Source: Dipteris shenzhenensis | Taxonomy: Eukaryota | Length of the DNA: 64,000 bases | Assembly: GCA_047967505.1 (NCBI GenBank) | Contig: CM106538.1 | Direction: 5' to 3' (one strand) | Shown: positions 26,401 to 39,699 of the stretch, piece by piece | How positions within the stretch are numbered: the first letter of the stretch is position 1 | Layout of the letters: each line of letters starts with the position of its first letter | Position numbers and translations under genes: made by a program | Notes under the pieces: generated by a model | The model's input: the letters and a program-made list of their open reading frames with translations, nothing else | Told to the model about the DNA's origin: nothing | Databases searched by the model: none

Positions 26401-28299
26401 CCCACCCCGCCCCAGGTTGACCATCCAAGAGGTGGCAAAATCGGAAGTTGATATTCCACATGGTACTGAGGAAGAGCAGGATGTTCCAGAAGCAGTTCCA
26501 GTTCCTCCTCCTACTGAGAAGCAGAAGAGGTTGCCCCAATGGTACCTAAGAACATTGGAAGACTCTCGGGTCACCGATATACCTGAGAGTAGCAATTTCG
26601 GATTGCGTCGGTCCCAATGTCTTAAGAAGGCCCCATCCATGAACTTTGCATTGGTGGCTCAGCTTGAAGAGCCAAGGTCTTTCAAGGAGGCGAAGGACAA
26701 TCCAGAATTGTAGGTTGCCATGCAGGCAGAGATGGATGCTATCCTGAAGAAGAATACCTAGGACTTAGTGGCCAGGCCCCCGTGATGGAAAGTCATCGGC
26801 ACTAAGTGGGTATACAAAATTAAATTCAAATTGGATGGCAGCTTGGATAAGTACAAAGCAAGGTTAGTGGTTAAAGGTTTTGGTCAGACTAAAGGCATGG
26901 ATTTTGATGAAACTTTTGCTCCCACAGCTCGCATGGTTACTCTCCGGACAGTGATTTCCCTTGCTGCACAATTCCATTGGCCTATTTCTCAAATGGACAT
27001 GAAGTCCACATTCCTTAATGGAACCTTGGAGGAGGAGGTGTACGTAGAGTAGCCACAGGGCTTTCAAGATCTAGGGTCCCCATTAAAGGTGTGCAGGTTG
27101 AAGAAGGCATCATACGGGCTAAAACAGGCCCCCAGAGCTTGGTACCAAAGGATAGATGTATTCTTTTAGAAGATAGGGCTAAGTCGGAGCCCTTTTGAGG
27201 CAAACCTCTACTTGTTCATTGAGAAGGGGTTACGATTGGTACTCATCCTCTATGTTGATGATCTTATCTTGACAGGTGACCATGTCAAGAAGATTTCCCA
27301 GGACAAGGAGCTACTCATGATTGAGTTTGAGATGACTGGCCTTGGGTTATTACACTACTTCCTTGGGATAGAAGTGAAGCAGACCACAGACACAATCTTC
27401 ATTTCACACTGGAGAAATACTGGAGAGAACTTCTAAAGAGATTTCAGATGGAGGATTGCAGGACATCAGTAACTCCCATGGAGGTCAGACTCAAGCCAAG
27501 TGTTCATGACACATCTCAGTCGGTCGATACTCCTTTGTACCGACGATTGGTAGGAAGCTTGCTTTACCTTACCAATACTCGACCTGATATTTGTTATGCA
27601 GTTGGGCTATTATGCCAATTCTCTTCTTCTCCCAGGAAGAGTCATTGGGATGTAGGTTTACAGGTGCTACGGTATCTAAAGGGTACTTGCACCTACGGGA
27701 TCACCTACACCAAAGGCATCGAACTAGGCGGGTTCTGTGATAGTGATTGGGTGGGTGATGGTGACACCAGAATATCAATAATAGGGTATTGCTTCTTACT
27801 TGCATCTAGTGCCATCTCTTGACTGAGTAAGAAGCAACCCACAGTGGCCTTTTCATCTACCGAGGTAGAGTACAGAGCCGCATGTATAGCAGCTTGTGAG
27901 ACACTGTGGTTAAGGTAGATTCTGGAGGACATGGACGTGAGTCAGGATGTCGCAACAGTGCTGATGTGTGTCAATTAGAGTTGCATAGCCATTGCCAAGA
28001 ATCTAGTGTTCCATGCGCAGACCAAGCACAGCGAAGTTCATTACCACTTTGTTCGAGAGCTCATCATCGACAACGTGATCGACCTTATGTACTGCCCAAC
28101 CACCAACAACTTGTCCGACCTCTTCACGAAGGCACTCCCTCAAGAGTAGATGGAGCACCTCATCAGACGTATGGGGATTGGCCCAGAGTTGTGACATTGA
28201 GGGGGGGTGTTAGAATCTCACTATGCCCACCTATGAGCCCCCGATTTAAGGGGATAAGGGGTAGTGAGAGGTAGTAGGGCCGGGGAGAGACCTAGGCAG
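23493..28299 (+). mobile_element. Degenerate Ty1/Copia LTR retrotransposon with truncated 3' LTR
   Basis: 5' LTR 23493-24133 (TGTTAG...CTAACA) and PBS TGGTATCAGAGC at 24134-24145. Zinc knuckle ~24790-24832, protease WYVDSGASKHM, integrase, RT (LYVDDL) and RNase H, all with many stops. PPT ~28199-28207. 3' LTR only 28208-28299. Confidence 0.95.
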
Positions 28300-28884
28300 A
28301 ACACCTATTTCATTAATTTTGGACTTTTTGTGTTGTTTTTGGACGAAGCCCAAAAATCCTTCCCAAATGAAAACTTTACTTTGTGAAAATATCCTTCCCA
28401 AATCAAAATTTTACTTTCTGAAAATATTCTTCCCAAATCAAAAGTTCACTTTGTGGCACTATCATATTCACATAAAAATATTGTTTTTTCAATCTATACT
28501 TTTGCACCAACATGCAAGAATTTTAAATAATCCTATATTAGAAATTCTAGCTATATCTAAGTTATTTGTTAATTTATTTATTTTTAATATTTTTCCTTGA
28601 CGTGATAAATTTATAAATCCATGAAAGGAGACTTATATATTTCATGAAAATAACATTGTCACTCGCAATATGCACGAAATTTTTAAAACTTTTAATAAAT
28701 AGAAAAAAGACATGATGCCATAAGACCCAAGTTTTGTATTGAACCAAAGAGGTATAATAGCAATTATAGCTATTATTATATGATTACATTGAGAGACGTT
28801 GCTCTCAACTAGAGTCTTTATATCCAAAATGATATAGATTGAACATATGTTTACAATTTAAATTGTTGCTCTTAAAGAGCCTCA

Positions 28885-29300
28885 CTTCGTGCCATCTGCA
28901 TAATTTGACTCCCCATTGTCTTATTGCTCAATGTCATGACAGTCCCTTGCCAGGTGCCATCTGCATAATTTGACTCCCACTTGTCTTGCCAAGCCTTGCC
29001 CCTTGGGTGCATTGACTCCCCATTGTCTTATTGCTCAATGTGATAGTCCCTTACCAGGTGCCATTTGCATTAACTCCCTATTGTCTTGCCAAGCCTTGAC
29101 CCTTGGGTGACATCCAGTGCAAAATACAAGTGCCATCTGCATTAACTCCCACAAGTTATCTTGCCAAGCCTTGCCCCTTGGGTGCATTGACTCCCCATTG
29201 TCTTATTGCTCAATGTGATGGTCCCTTGCCAGGTGCCATCTGCATTAACTCCCTATTGTCTTGGCAAGCCTTGACCCTTGGGTGACATCCAGTGCATATT
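28885..29300. repeat. Short nested tandem repeats downstream of the transposase
   Basis: Recurrent GTGCCATCTGCAT, GACTCCCCATTGTCTT and GCCAAGCCTTG blocks. A ~140-bp duplicated segment at ~28981 and ~29157. Confidence 0.85.
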
Positions 29301-29412
29301 TTGACTCTCATTTGACATAGGAGGTGATGACTCTGATTATAATTGTCTTAGATTGGCTTCTTGCCTAGTACCCAAATAAAATCCTTCAATGGCCTTCAAT
29401 ACAAAGCTTTAA

Positions 29413-32400
29413 TCATGGACATTCTTCATTTGCACTGTCTCCTTCTACTTCTTCCATGGCGAGCATCCTTAAAAATTCGTGTATATGCAAAATAGTTTGC
29501 TGTGTAGTTTTTATTTTTCCTTCTACCTGATATCCCATGCGCTTCTTTGATTTCTTTGCCCTTGAATGCCAAGACACTATGATTGTCTCCGTCGAAACTT
29601 GAGAGACCGCTTCATCATTTAGGACCCACTCCTTCATTATACAATTAGTATACAATGTGTTGTTATCCATATTCTCCTTCCCGCCCTTTGGCTGATACCA
29701 TACCGCTGTAAATGTTGTAGCTCTCCCTTGGTCATCTCTTTGCACATCAACTACTTTTGCAACCCAAAACTTCACATTCTCATATTCATCATCCGATGGC
29801 CGAACCATAACAAAACAATCGACCTCTATATCTACTTGTGGCATAAACTCTCTCTTCTTTGGTCCACAATATGGATGTGGGAGTAATGATACAAATTCAT
29901 TTTCAAAGACTGGAGCTCGGCGCAAATCGTTATGAACATTTGGCCAAAACATATTGCATTCTTCGTTGACATCCTTTGAGCCTCGCATTCTCTCAAGGTC
30001 CTTTATTAAATTTCGTGTCTTGTTAATTACAGTGGTAGTGTGTTCTCTCCAAGTAGGCTTCGAATCAGGATATCTCTGGAGCATTTCCTCTTTGTATGTA
30101 ATAAATGCTTTTAGTCCTTCTATTTCACAGTTAGACCTCTCATTGAATTCTTGTATAGGAGCCCATGTTGGATACCTTTCGTTGCTGGGAATTGAAGTTA
30201 AGAGACTGTAAGGTTCTTTAGGTTCCCATTTTGTATCATGAGAATACTGTTGCCATTGCATTACGGGTTTTTCATCTTAAAAAAAAAAACGAAAGTAGTG
30301 TGGATTGGTATGACCTGTCAATGTATCACCACCCGTTTGTATGAAAGGTAGAATGAAGCTCTTTCAATCATACATTCTTTCGAGCCTCTCACATACTGTA
30401 CTTTCCTTACGACCACCAACTTGCCTGCCACATCTTCTTACCAAGTCATCTACTGTCTCCATATCCTTGCATTTAAGCTCCCTTGAGACTGTGCTAAAAA
30501 CCTGATCGATATCCTCATGTGTATGCCCAACATATAAAAATCCACATTCAACCTCATTGAAGATTCGATGAGCAACTAGCATGCAGCAGAATGCAAACAT
30601 GAGTACATTCTTATTTTCTCGCCAGCATTTATCAGCTTGTATTCTCAAAGTCAGTGGTAGGCGACCTTTTTCTGCATGTACATTGCAAATTGCCTTCATA
30701 ATAGATGTTACAACTTGATTGGTATCATGTAGATGCAAGGAATCAATCCATATATCTGCAAAGAACTTAATTCCATGCACTAACACTCCACATAGATGTG
30801 TCTTTAGAAAGTGCTTTCCTGTGGCAACAAAACGAGGCAATGTTGTTGTATTCTGATCCATGCCATCTACAATAAGGCACATGTAGTCATCGGGATGTGA
30901 AATCGCTTGCTCCTTCCAAAATGCATATTTTTGTCTGGAATGTCGAATAAGGTCATGATGAGATTTTCGGTTTTTTTTGTATAATTCCCTTTGATTTGGA
31001 CATGTTGCACTCTCAATCGCTCGCTTTAAATCATCACAGGCTTTGCACTTTGACATTTTTTGCCTCCTTGGGATTTTAACATATCCAAAGTTCTTCTTCC
31101 AAAGAGTATACAAAGTATGAGAAGAAGCTACAGCATCCCCTCTTTGCCTTTGCTTTTCTGCAATAGAGTCAAATACTTCGAGCTTTGTCAAGCCCATTGG
31201 AAGGTGCATTTCAGTGATCACGTCACCGTTAGGGAGTTTGGTAGATATATGGGGTTGAGGTAAAGCATTTTCATGTATGAAGTCTTGCAAAATTGCTACT
31301 GCCCTGACAGTTGAGATTCTTGATTTGGACCTTCCTCTATTACCGTGAATGCTAAATTTTTGCCGCCCTTTGCCTTGGTGACTAAATCCCAATATGTACC
31401 ATGGGATAATCCAGTAATATTGCGATATGCCTTATTGCAAATCCTTTTTTCTATTTACGAGAGGTTTTACCTTTTGTCTTGAACTTAGCCTTTTATTGCC
31501 ATTCTGAAGAAAGCAAGAGAGACTTGTGAGAAGGTATTCATTTCTTTCGCTTCCTCTTCTTTGCCACACGTGTCCTCTACATTCCCTGATGTCTGCAAGA
31601 TCAATGAAGCGCATACATATTCGCTTGCAACATAGATATCCCAATGCATTTAACATGTTCTCCTCCTTCATTACTCTCTTCCTCTTTGGTTGCTTTTGTG
31701 GATCTGCTTGGATTCACTTTCTCTTCATGCATATGTATGACCGTTTTCGTTCCTCGTGCACGTTGTTATCTGTATTTATGCACTTATTCTCCTCACATTT
31801 GTTTGTAACCAAGCATCCATGATTGGTCGTTGCATCCTTGTCCATATCACAATCAGAGTTAAATATTGAATAATCCTCTGTTGATCTCATCCTCGTTTTT
31901 AACATACTCTTAGGACCATTCAATGAATTCAATATTCTACGAGAGTATTAAGAACCTTGAAACTCTTCCACTCCTGAGAGAACATCACTCATTGGGACAT
32001 CTTGCATGGCTTTCACAAATCCACAAGCTTGATTGACACTAGGTTTGTTAATATGCATGAACTCATCCACACTTGACAAGGCATCGCTATTGAAACCTTT
32101 GCCCTTCTCACTGTGCAAGAATTCATCCACCCCAGATAAGGCTTCGCTTCTAAAATCATTTTGTTTCTCGGAACCAATGAACTCATCCACTCCAGATAAG
32201 ATGTCACTTCTATAATTGAGTATATTGAAATCATCCACATTTGAAGTGATAGAGCTTGGCACATGGGCACGCTTTTTAGGTCCTTTGATATTGTAGTATA
32301 CCTTATCTTTATCATTGAAAACAATGTGTCTCTTTCTCATGTTTAAAAATTGCATGCTCCATCTCATATTCTTGCCTACCTCATAGTAGGGATCACATAA

Positions 32401-32916
32401 GGATGTTATGTTATCAACCATACCATCATCAGTGACTTTTAGAATCCTCATCTGTGCAAATGACCATTGCTCCACTTGTTCAAATCCCAATACTTCACCT
32501 TCTGCTACAGTCTTATTTGCAAATGATCTCATTTGTAAAATGTCCCCTATAGTAAAATCCAAGGTGGTGCACTTTGTATTCTTGATAATGTCTGTTGCAT
32601 AAGTCTCATCTTTGTCCCATGCTATAAATGATTTGTTGGATGTATTGTAGGGCATAATATCTCCAAGTGTTTCCATATCTCCACATTTATACTTTAGCTC
32701 AACATGTGCGCTAAGAATCTTTGATACAGTAACTGCCACCTTATCTTCGCCAAGTCTTCGAAAGTGGCAAACTGAATTGGGATCACTATCATGGATTGTA
32801 GCAAATGCAACTACTTCTCTTTTGCTACATAAAATCACATCCATCCCTGGAACAAAATCTATAGCCATCTCCTTTGTGAGAGTCCTTCGCAAGCAAGCTG
32901 CAGTAGCAACAATCAC
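29413..32916 (-). pseudogene. Large DDD/E transposase, Sola1-like, one reading frame with 5 premature stops
   Basis: Five ORF-track pieces share one frame (stops at 31948, 31714, 31432, 30364, 30277). CxxC-H region (KCKACDDLK...HH), then IVDGMDQ, QADKCWRENKN and VGHTHEDIDQVFS. C-terminal FWVAKVV...AVWY beta domain. Confidence 0.75.
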
Positions 32917-32989
32917 ATAAATATTAGTCTCTTTTTAATAATCTACTCATTTATTATAATTTTTAATTAGTACTTAATTTATTGGTGGG

Positions 32990-35900
32990 AGAAGTTATCC
33001 AATCAAGTACTCATCAGATGGACATGCCAAGTTATCCTTTGCATGGTTGATCGAGCATTAAATACTATTTTTGCTCTAGTGTCATGCACATTCGTAAAAA
33101 AACACGAGCCTGCTAGGTATGTTATCCAATCAAGCACTTATGGGATGGGTGTGCCACTTTACATATAAGTCAATTCCACCTATTTGAAGGTGTGTGCAAA
33201 GTATTGTGCCCATCAGATATGCTTTGCATTGTCGATCAAGCATAAAACACTGTTTTTGCCTTAGTGTCATGCACAACCATGAAAAAACACGGTCCTAAGT
33301 GTGTTAATCAAACAAAAACTTATTGGATGGGGGCTCCACTTTTCATGCAAGTCCGTTTCAACTAGGTTGAGATGCATGCAAAGTATTGTCACCATTGGAT
33401 ATGCTCTGCATGGTCGATTACACATTATACAATGTTCTTCCCATAGTGATATGCACATCTGCAAAAAAAACACGCCCTTAGGTATGTTATCTAACCAAGT
33501 ACTACTTATCGGATGGGTGTGCCTCTTTGACAAAATCTCAATACCACCTAGGTTAAGGCGTAGGAAAAGTATTTTTCCCATCGGATATGCTTTGCATGGT
33601 CGATCGAGCATTAAATACTATTTTTGCTCTAGTATCATGCACATCCGTAAAAAAAACACGCTGCTAGGTGTGTTATCCGATCAACTACTTATGCGATGGG
33701 AATGCCACTTTGCATGTAAGTCAATTCCACCTGGTTGAAGGTGTGTGTAAAGTATTGTGCCCATCGGATATGCTTTGCATTGTGGATCAAGCATAAAACA
33801 CTGTTTTTGCCTTAGTGTCATGCACAACCATATAAAAACACAGCCCTAGGTGTGTTATTCAAACAAGTACTTATCGGATGGGGGCTCCACTTTGCACACA
33901 AGTCCGTTTCAACTACGTTGATGTGCATGCAAAGTATTATCACCATAGGATATGATTTGCATGGTCGATCATGCATTATACACCATTTTTTCCCGAGTGA
34001 TATGCACATCCGTAAAAAAACATGCCCTTAGGTGTGTTATCTGACCAAGTACTTATCAGATGGGTGTGCCTCTATGAGAACATTCCAATACCACCTAGGT
34101 TGAGGTGTACAAAAAGTGTTGTGCCCATCGGATATCCTTTGCATGATCGATCGAGCAATAAATACTATTTTTGCTCTAGTGTCATGCACATCCATAAAAA
34201 ACAAACTGCTAGGTATGTTATTCGATCAAGCACTTATGGGATGGGAGTGCCACTTTGCATGTAAGTCAATTCCACCTAGTTGAAGGTGTGTGCAAAGTAT
34301 TGTGCCCATCGGATATGCTTTGCATTGTCGATTAAGCATAAAACAATGTTTTTGCCTTAGTGTCATGCACAACCATGAAAAAACATCGTCCTAGGTGTGT
34401 TAATCAAAAAGTACTTATCGGATGGGGGCTCCACTTTGCACGCAAGTCCGTTTCAACTACAAAAAGTGTTGTGCCCATCGGATATCCTTTGCATGGTCGA
34501 TCAAGCATTAAATACTATTTTTGTTCTAGTGTCATGCACATCCGTAAAAAAACACACTGCTAGGTATGTTATCCGATCAAGTACTTATGGGATGGGCGTT
34601 CTGCTTTGCATGTAAGTCAATTCCACCTAGTTTAAGGTGTGTGCAAAGTATTGTGCCCATCGGATATGCTTTGCATTGTCGATCAAGCATAAAACACCGT
34701 TTTTGCCTTAGTGTCATGCACAACCATGAAAAAACACGATCCTAGGTGTGTTATTCAAACAAGTACTTATCGGATGGGGGCTCCAGTTTGCACGCAAGTC
34801 CGTTTCAACTACGTTGAGGTGCATGCAAAGTATTGTCACCATCAGATATGCTTTACATGGTCGATCATGCCTTATACACCATTTTTTCTCTAGTGATATG
34901 CACATCCGCAAAAAAACACGCCCTTAGGTGTGTTATTTGACCAAGTGCTTATCGGATGGGTGTGCCTCTTTGAAAACATTTCAATACCACCTAGGTTGAG
35001 GCGTACGAAAAGTGTTGTGCCCATCAGATATCCTTTGCATGATCGATCGAGCAATAAATACTATTTTTACTCGTGTCATGCACATCCGTGAAAAAACACG
35101 CTGCTAGGTATGTTATCCGATCAAGCACTTATGGTATGGAAGTGCCAATTTGCATGTAAGTGAATTCCACCTAGTTGAAGGTGTGTGCAAAGTATTGTGC
35201 CCATCGGATATGCTTTGCATTGTCGATCAAGCATAAAACACCGTTTTTGCCTTAGTGTCATGCACAACCATGAAAAAACACGGTCCTAGGTGTGTTATTC
35301 AAACAAGTACTTATCGGATGGGGGCTCCACTTTGCACGCAAGTCCATTTCAACTACGTTGAGGTGCATGCAAAGTATTGTCACCATCGGATATGCTTTGC
35401 ATGGTCGATCACGCCTTATACACCATTTTTTCTCTAGTGATATGCACATCCGCAAAAAAACACGCCCTTAGGTGTGTTATCTGACCAAGTGCTTATCAGA
35501 TGGGTGTGCCTCTTTGAGAACATTTCAATACCACCTAGGTTGAGGCGTACGAAAAGTGTTGTGCCCATCAGATATCCTTTGCATGATCGATCGAGCAATA
35601 AATACTATTTTTACTCGTGTCATGCACATCCGTAAAAAAACACGCTGCTAGGTATGTTATCCGATCAAGCACTTATGGGATGGGAGTGCCACTTTGCATG
35701 TAAGTCAATTCCACCTAGTTGAAGGTGTGTGCAAAGTATTATGCCCATCGGATATGCTTTGCATTGTCGATCTAGCATAAGACACCGTTTTTGCCTTAGT
35801 GTCATGCACAACCATGAAAAAACATGGTCCTAAGTCTGTTAATCAAACAAGTACTTATCGGATGGGGGCTCCAGTTTGCACGCAAGTCCGTTTCAACTAG

Positions 35901-38716
35901 GTTGAGATGCGTACAAAGTATTGTCACCATCGGATATGCTTTGCATGCCGATTACGCATTATACAACGTTTTTCCCTTAGTGATATGCACATCCACAAAA
36001 AAACATGCCCTTAGGTATGTTATCTAACCAAGTACTTATTGGATGGGTGTGCCTCTTTGAGAAAATTTCAATACCACCTAGGTTAAGGTGTATTGTGCCC
36101 ATCGGATATGCTTTGCATGGTCGATCAAGCATTAAATACCATTTTTACCTTAGTATCATGCACATCCATAAAAAAACATGGTCAAGTACTTATGCGATGG
36201 GAATGCCACTTTGCATGTAAGTTAATTCCACCTAGTTGAAGGTGTGTGCAAAGTATTGTGCCCATTGGATATGCTTTGCATTGTCTATCAAGCATAAAAC
36301 ATCGTTTTTGCCTTAGTGTCAAACAAGTACTGTGCCCATCAAATATGCTTTGCATTGTCGATCAAGCATAAAACACCGTTTTTACTTTAGTGTCATGCAC
36401 AACCATATAAAACACGGCCGTAGGTGTGTTATTCAAATAAGTACTTATCGGATGGGGGCTCCACTTTGCATGCAAGTCTGTTTCAACTACGTTGAGGTGC
36501 GTGCAAAGTATTATCACCATCGGATATGCTTTGCATGGTCGATCACGCAGTATACACCATTTTTTCCCTAGTGATATGCACATCCGCAAAAAAACACGCC
36601 CTTAGGTGTGTTATCTGACCAAGTACTTATCGGATGGGTGTGCCTCTTTGAGAACATTTCAATACCACCTAGCTTGCAGTGTAGGAAAAGTGTTGTGCCC
36701 ATCAGATATCCTTTGCATGGTCGATCGAGCATTAAATACTATTTTTGCTCTAGTGTTATGCACATCCGTAAAAAAAACATGCTGCTAGGTATGTTATCCG
36801 ATCAAGCACTTATGGGATGGGTGTGCCACTTTGCATGTAAGTCAATTCCACCTAGTTGAAGGTGTGTGCAAAGTATTGTGCCCATCGGATATGCTTTGCA
36901 TTGTTGATCAAGCATAAAACACCGTTTTTGCCTTAGTGTCATGCACAACCATGAAAAAACACGGTCCTAAGTGTGTTAATCAAACAAGTACTTATCGGAT
37001 GGGGCATCCAATTTGCACGCAAGTCTGTTTTAACTAGGTTGAGATGCATGCAAAGTATTGTCACCATCGGATATGCTTTGCATGGTCGAGTACGCATTAT
37101 ACAACGTTTTTCCCGTAGTGATATGCACATCCACAAAAAAAGATGCCCTTAGGTATGTTATCTGACCAAGTACTTATCGGATGGGTGTTCCTCTTTGAGA
37201 ACATTTTAATACCACCTAGATTAAGGTATAGGAAAAGTATTGTGCCCATCGGATATGCTTTGCATGGTCGATCGAGCATTAAATACCATTTTTGCCTTAG
37301 TGTCATGCACATCCGTAAAAAACATGCTGCTAGGTGTGTTATCCGATCAAGTACTTATGCATTGGGAATGCCACTTTGCATGTAAGTCAATTCCACCTAG
37401 TTGAAGGTGTGTGCAAAGTATTGTGCCCATCGGAAATGATTTGCATTGTCGATCAAGCATAAAACACCATTTTTGCCTTTGTGTCGTGCACAACCATATA
37501 AAAACACGACTGTAGGCATGTTATTCAAATAAGTACTTATCGGATGGGGGCTCCAATTTGCGCTCAAGTCTGTTTCAACTATGTTGAGGTGCGTGCAAAG
37601 TATTGTCACCATCAGATATGCTTTGCATGGTCGATCACGCATTATACACCATTTTTTCCTTAGTGATATGGACATCCGCAAAAAAACACGCCCTTAGGTG
37701 TGTTATCTGACCAAGTACTTATCGGATGGGTGTGCCTCTTTGAGAACATTTCAATACCACCTAGGTTGAGGCATAAGAAAAGTGTTGTGCCCATCGGATA
37801 TCCTTTGCATGGTCGATCGAGCATTAAATACTATTTTTGCTCGTGTCATGCACATCCGTAAAAAAACACGTTGCTAGGTATGTTATCCGTTCAAGCACTT
37901 ATGGGATGGGCGTGCCACTTTTCATGTAAGCCAATTCCACCTAGTTGAAGGTGTGTGCAAAGTATTGTGCCCATCAGATATGCTTTGCATTGTCGAACAA
38001 GCATTAAACACTGTTTTTAACTTTGTGTCATGCACAACTGTCAAAAAACGCGGTCCTAGATGTGTTATTCGACTAAGTACTTATGGGATGGGCATGCCAT
38101 TTTGCATGTAAATCAATAATACCTAGGTTGAGATGTGTGCAAAGTATTGTGATGATCGCATATGCGTTGCATTGTCGATTAAGCATAAATCAGTGTTTTT
38201 GCCTTAGTGTCATGGACAACAACCAATAAAAAACATGGTCCTAGGTGTGATATTCTAAAAAGTACTTATTGAATGGGCATTCCACTGTGCATGGAATACC
38301 ATACCACCGCTTTTGAGGCACGTGCACAGTATTGTGCCCATCGGATATGCTTTACATGGTAGATTGAGTATTAAATACCGTTTTTGGCCTTGGTGTCATG
38401 TACAACCTTCAAAAAATAGGATCGTAGGTGTATTTTTCAAACAAGTACTTATCGGATGGGGATGCCACTTTGCACACAAGTCAATACTGACTAGGTTGAG
38501 GAACGTGCAAAGTCTTGTGTCCATTGGATATGCTTTGCATAGTCGATCTGACATTATACACCATTTTGTTCCTAGTGTTATGCACAATCATCATAAAAAT
38601 ACGTTTGGAGGTTTTTTATGCAAACAAGTACTTATGGGATGGGTGCACCACTTTGTATGCAAGTCAATACGACCTAGGTTGAGGCATGTACAAAGTTTTG
38701 TGCCCATCGGAGAAAT
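32990..38716. repeat. Satellite of ~182-bp monomers in ~544-bp trimeric higher-order repeats (~30 monomers)
   Basis: Monomer starts TAGGT(A/G)TGTTAT at 34561 (A), 34743 (B), 34925 (C) and 35105 (A). Same-class monomers are far more alike than neighbours. Confidence 0.95.
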
Positions 38717-39399
38717 GTAGATACGATAATATTAGAAAATTCTCGGTATGTGTATATGTGTGTGTGTGTGGCAAACAATTTTGATACAACAAAGTAAACA
38801 CCTAGTGCACAAATTATGCACTTCATATCTTGAGTAAATAAGCTTGTTGATGAGGATAAATATGGCCTTGAATAAAAGCACAGTTGTTGTATGACCACAA
38901 TAGGATCGCTTTGACACCTATGATTTTGCCCACATGTAAGTTTGTAAATAGTATAAAAAATCATATAATAATATATTAATAGTTTGCAAATGTGTATAGC
39001 AAGTGAGTAATGGGAAGTGGAAGTGGGAGTGAGGAGGGAGGAGTGGAATGGGAGAGGGAAGTAATAGGGGTGTATGATAATAAGTATAAAAAATAGTATA
39101 ATAAAATATTAATAGTTTTCAAATGGCAAGTGAGTAATGGGAAGTGGAAGTGAGAGTGGGGAGGGAAGAATGGAATGGGAGAGGGGAAGGTAATAGGGGA
39201 ATAGGATAATAAGGGAGTGAAATGAGTGAGGGGAGTTAATAGGGGATGAAAAAGAGGAGGGTGAGATGGGGAAATATGGGATTTTGGGAAATGGGAGGAG
39301 TATGGGACGTGGTGGAAATGTGGGATGGGAGTGGTGGCAATGGGGGAGGAAGAAGAAATGGATGGGGGGAGGGCTAATGGAAGATTGGGATGAGGGATG

Positions 39400-39535
39400 G
39401 GGGTCCAATGGGAGAGGGGGAGTAATGGGAGCCAATCGGAGAGGGGATAAATGAAAAGCCAATAGGAGAGAGGGGAGGAATGGAAAGCCAATAGGAGAGG
39501 AGGAGGAAAACCTAAATTTTCTTATATATAGTCTT
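39400..39535 (+). promoter_or_regulatory. Putative Pol II promoter: four phased CCAAT boxes and a TATA box
   Basis: CCAAT at 39405, 39432, 39459 and 39488; TATATATA at 39523-39530; donor-like CAG|GTACTT at 39655. Confidence 0.55.
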
Positions 39536-39699
39536 CCTTCTTCATTCATTCTCCCCTGCTTTCATTCATTGAAGCAAGAAAGCAAGGACGATCAAGAAAG
39601 CAAGGAAGGAAGAGCAAGAAAGCAAGAAAGAGCAAACTTACAAACTTTTTCCAGGTACTTGCAAATTTTTTTGATTAATTCTTTATCTAGATTTTTTTA

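Noticed and set aside
28300-28330. CACTA terminus at the LTR breakpoint
   Set aside because: The sequence is AACACCTA, not CACTA/CACTG; no partner TIR or TSD is visible in the window.
32990-38716. CRISPR-like array, or protein-coding ORFs in the repeat
   Set aside because: Whole monomers repeat with no unique spacers and no cas genes; the ORFs are by-products of the satellite.
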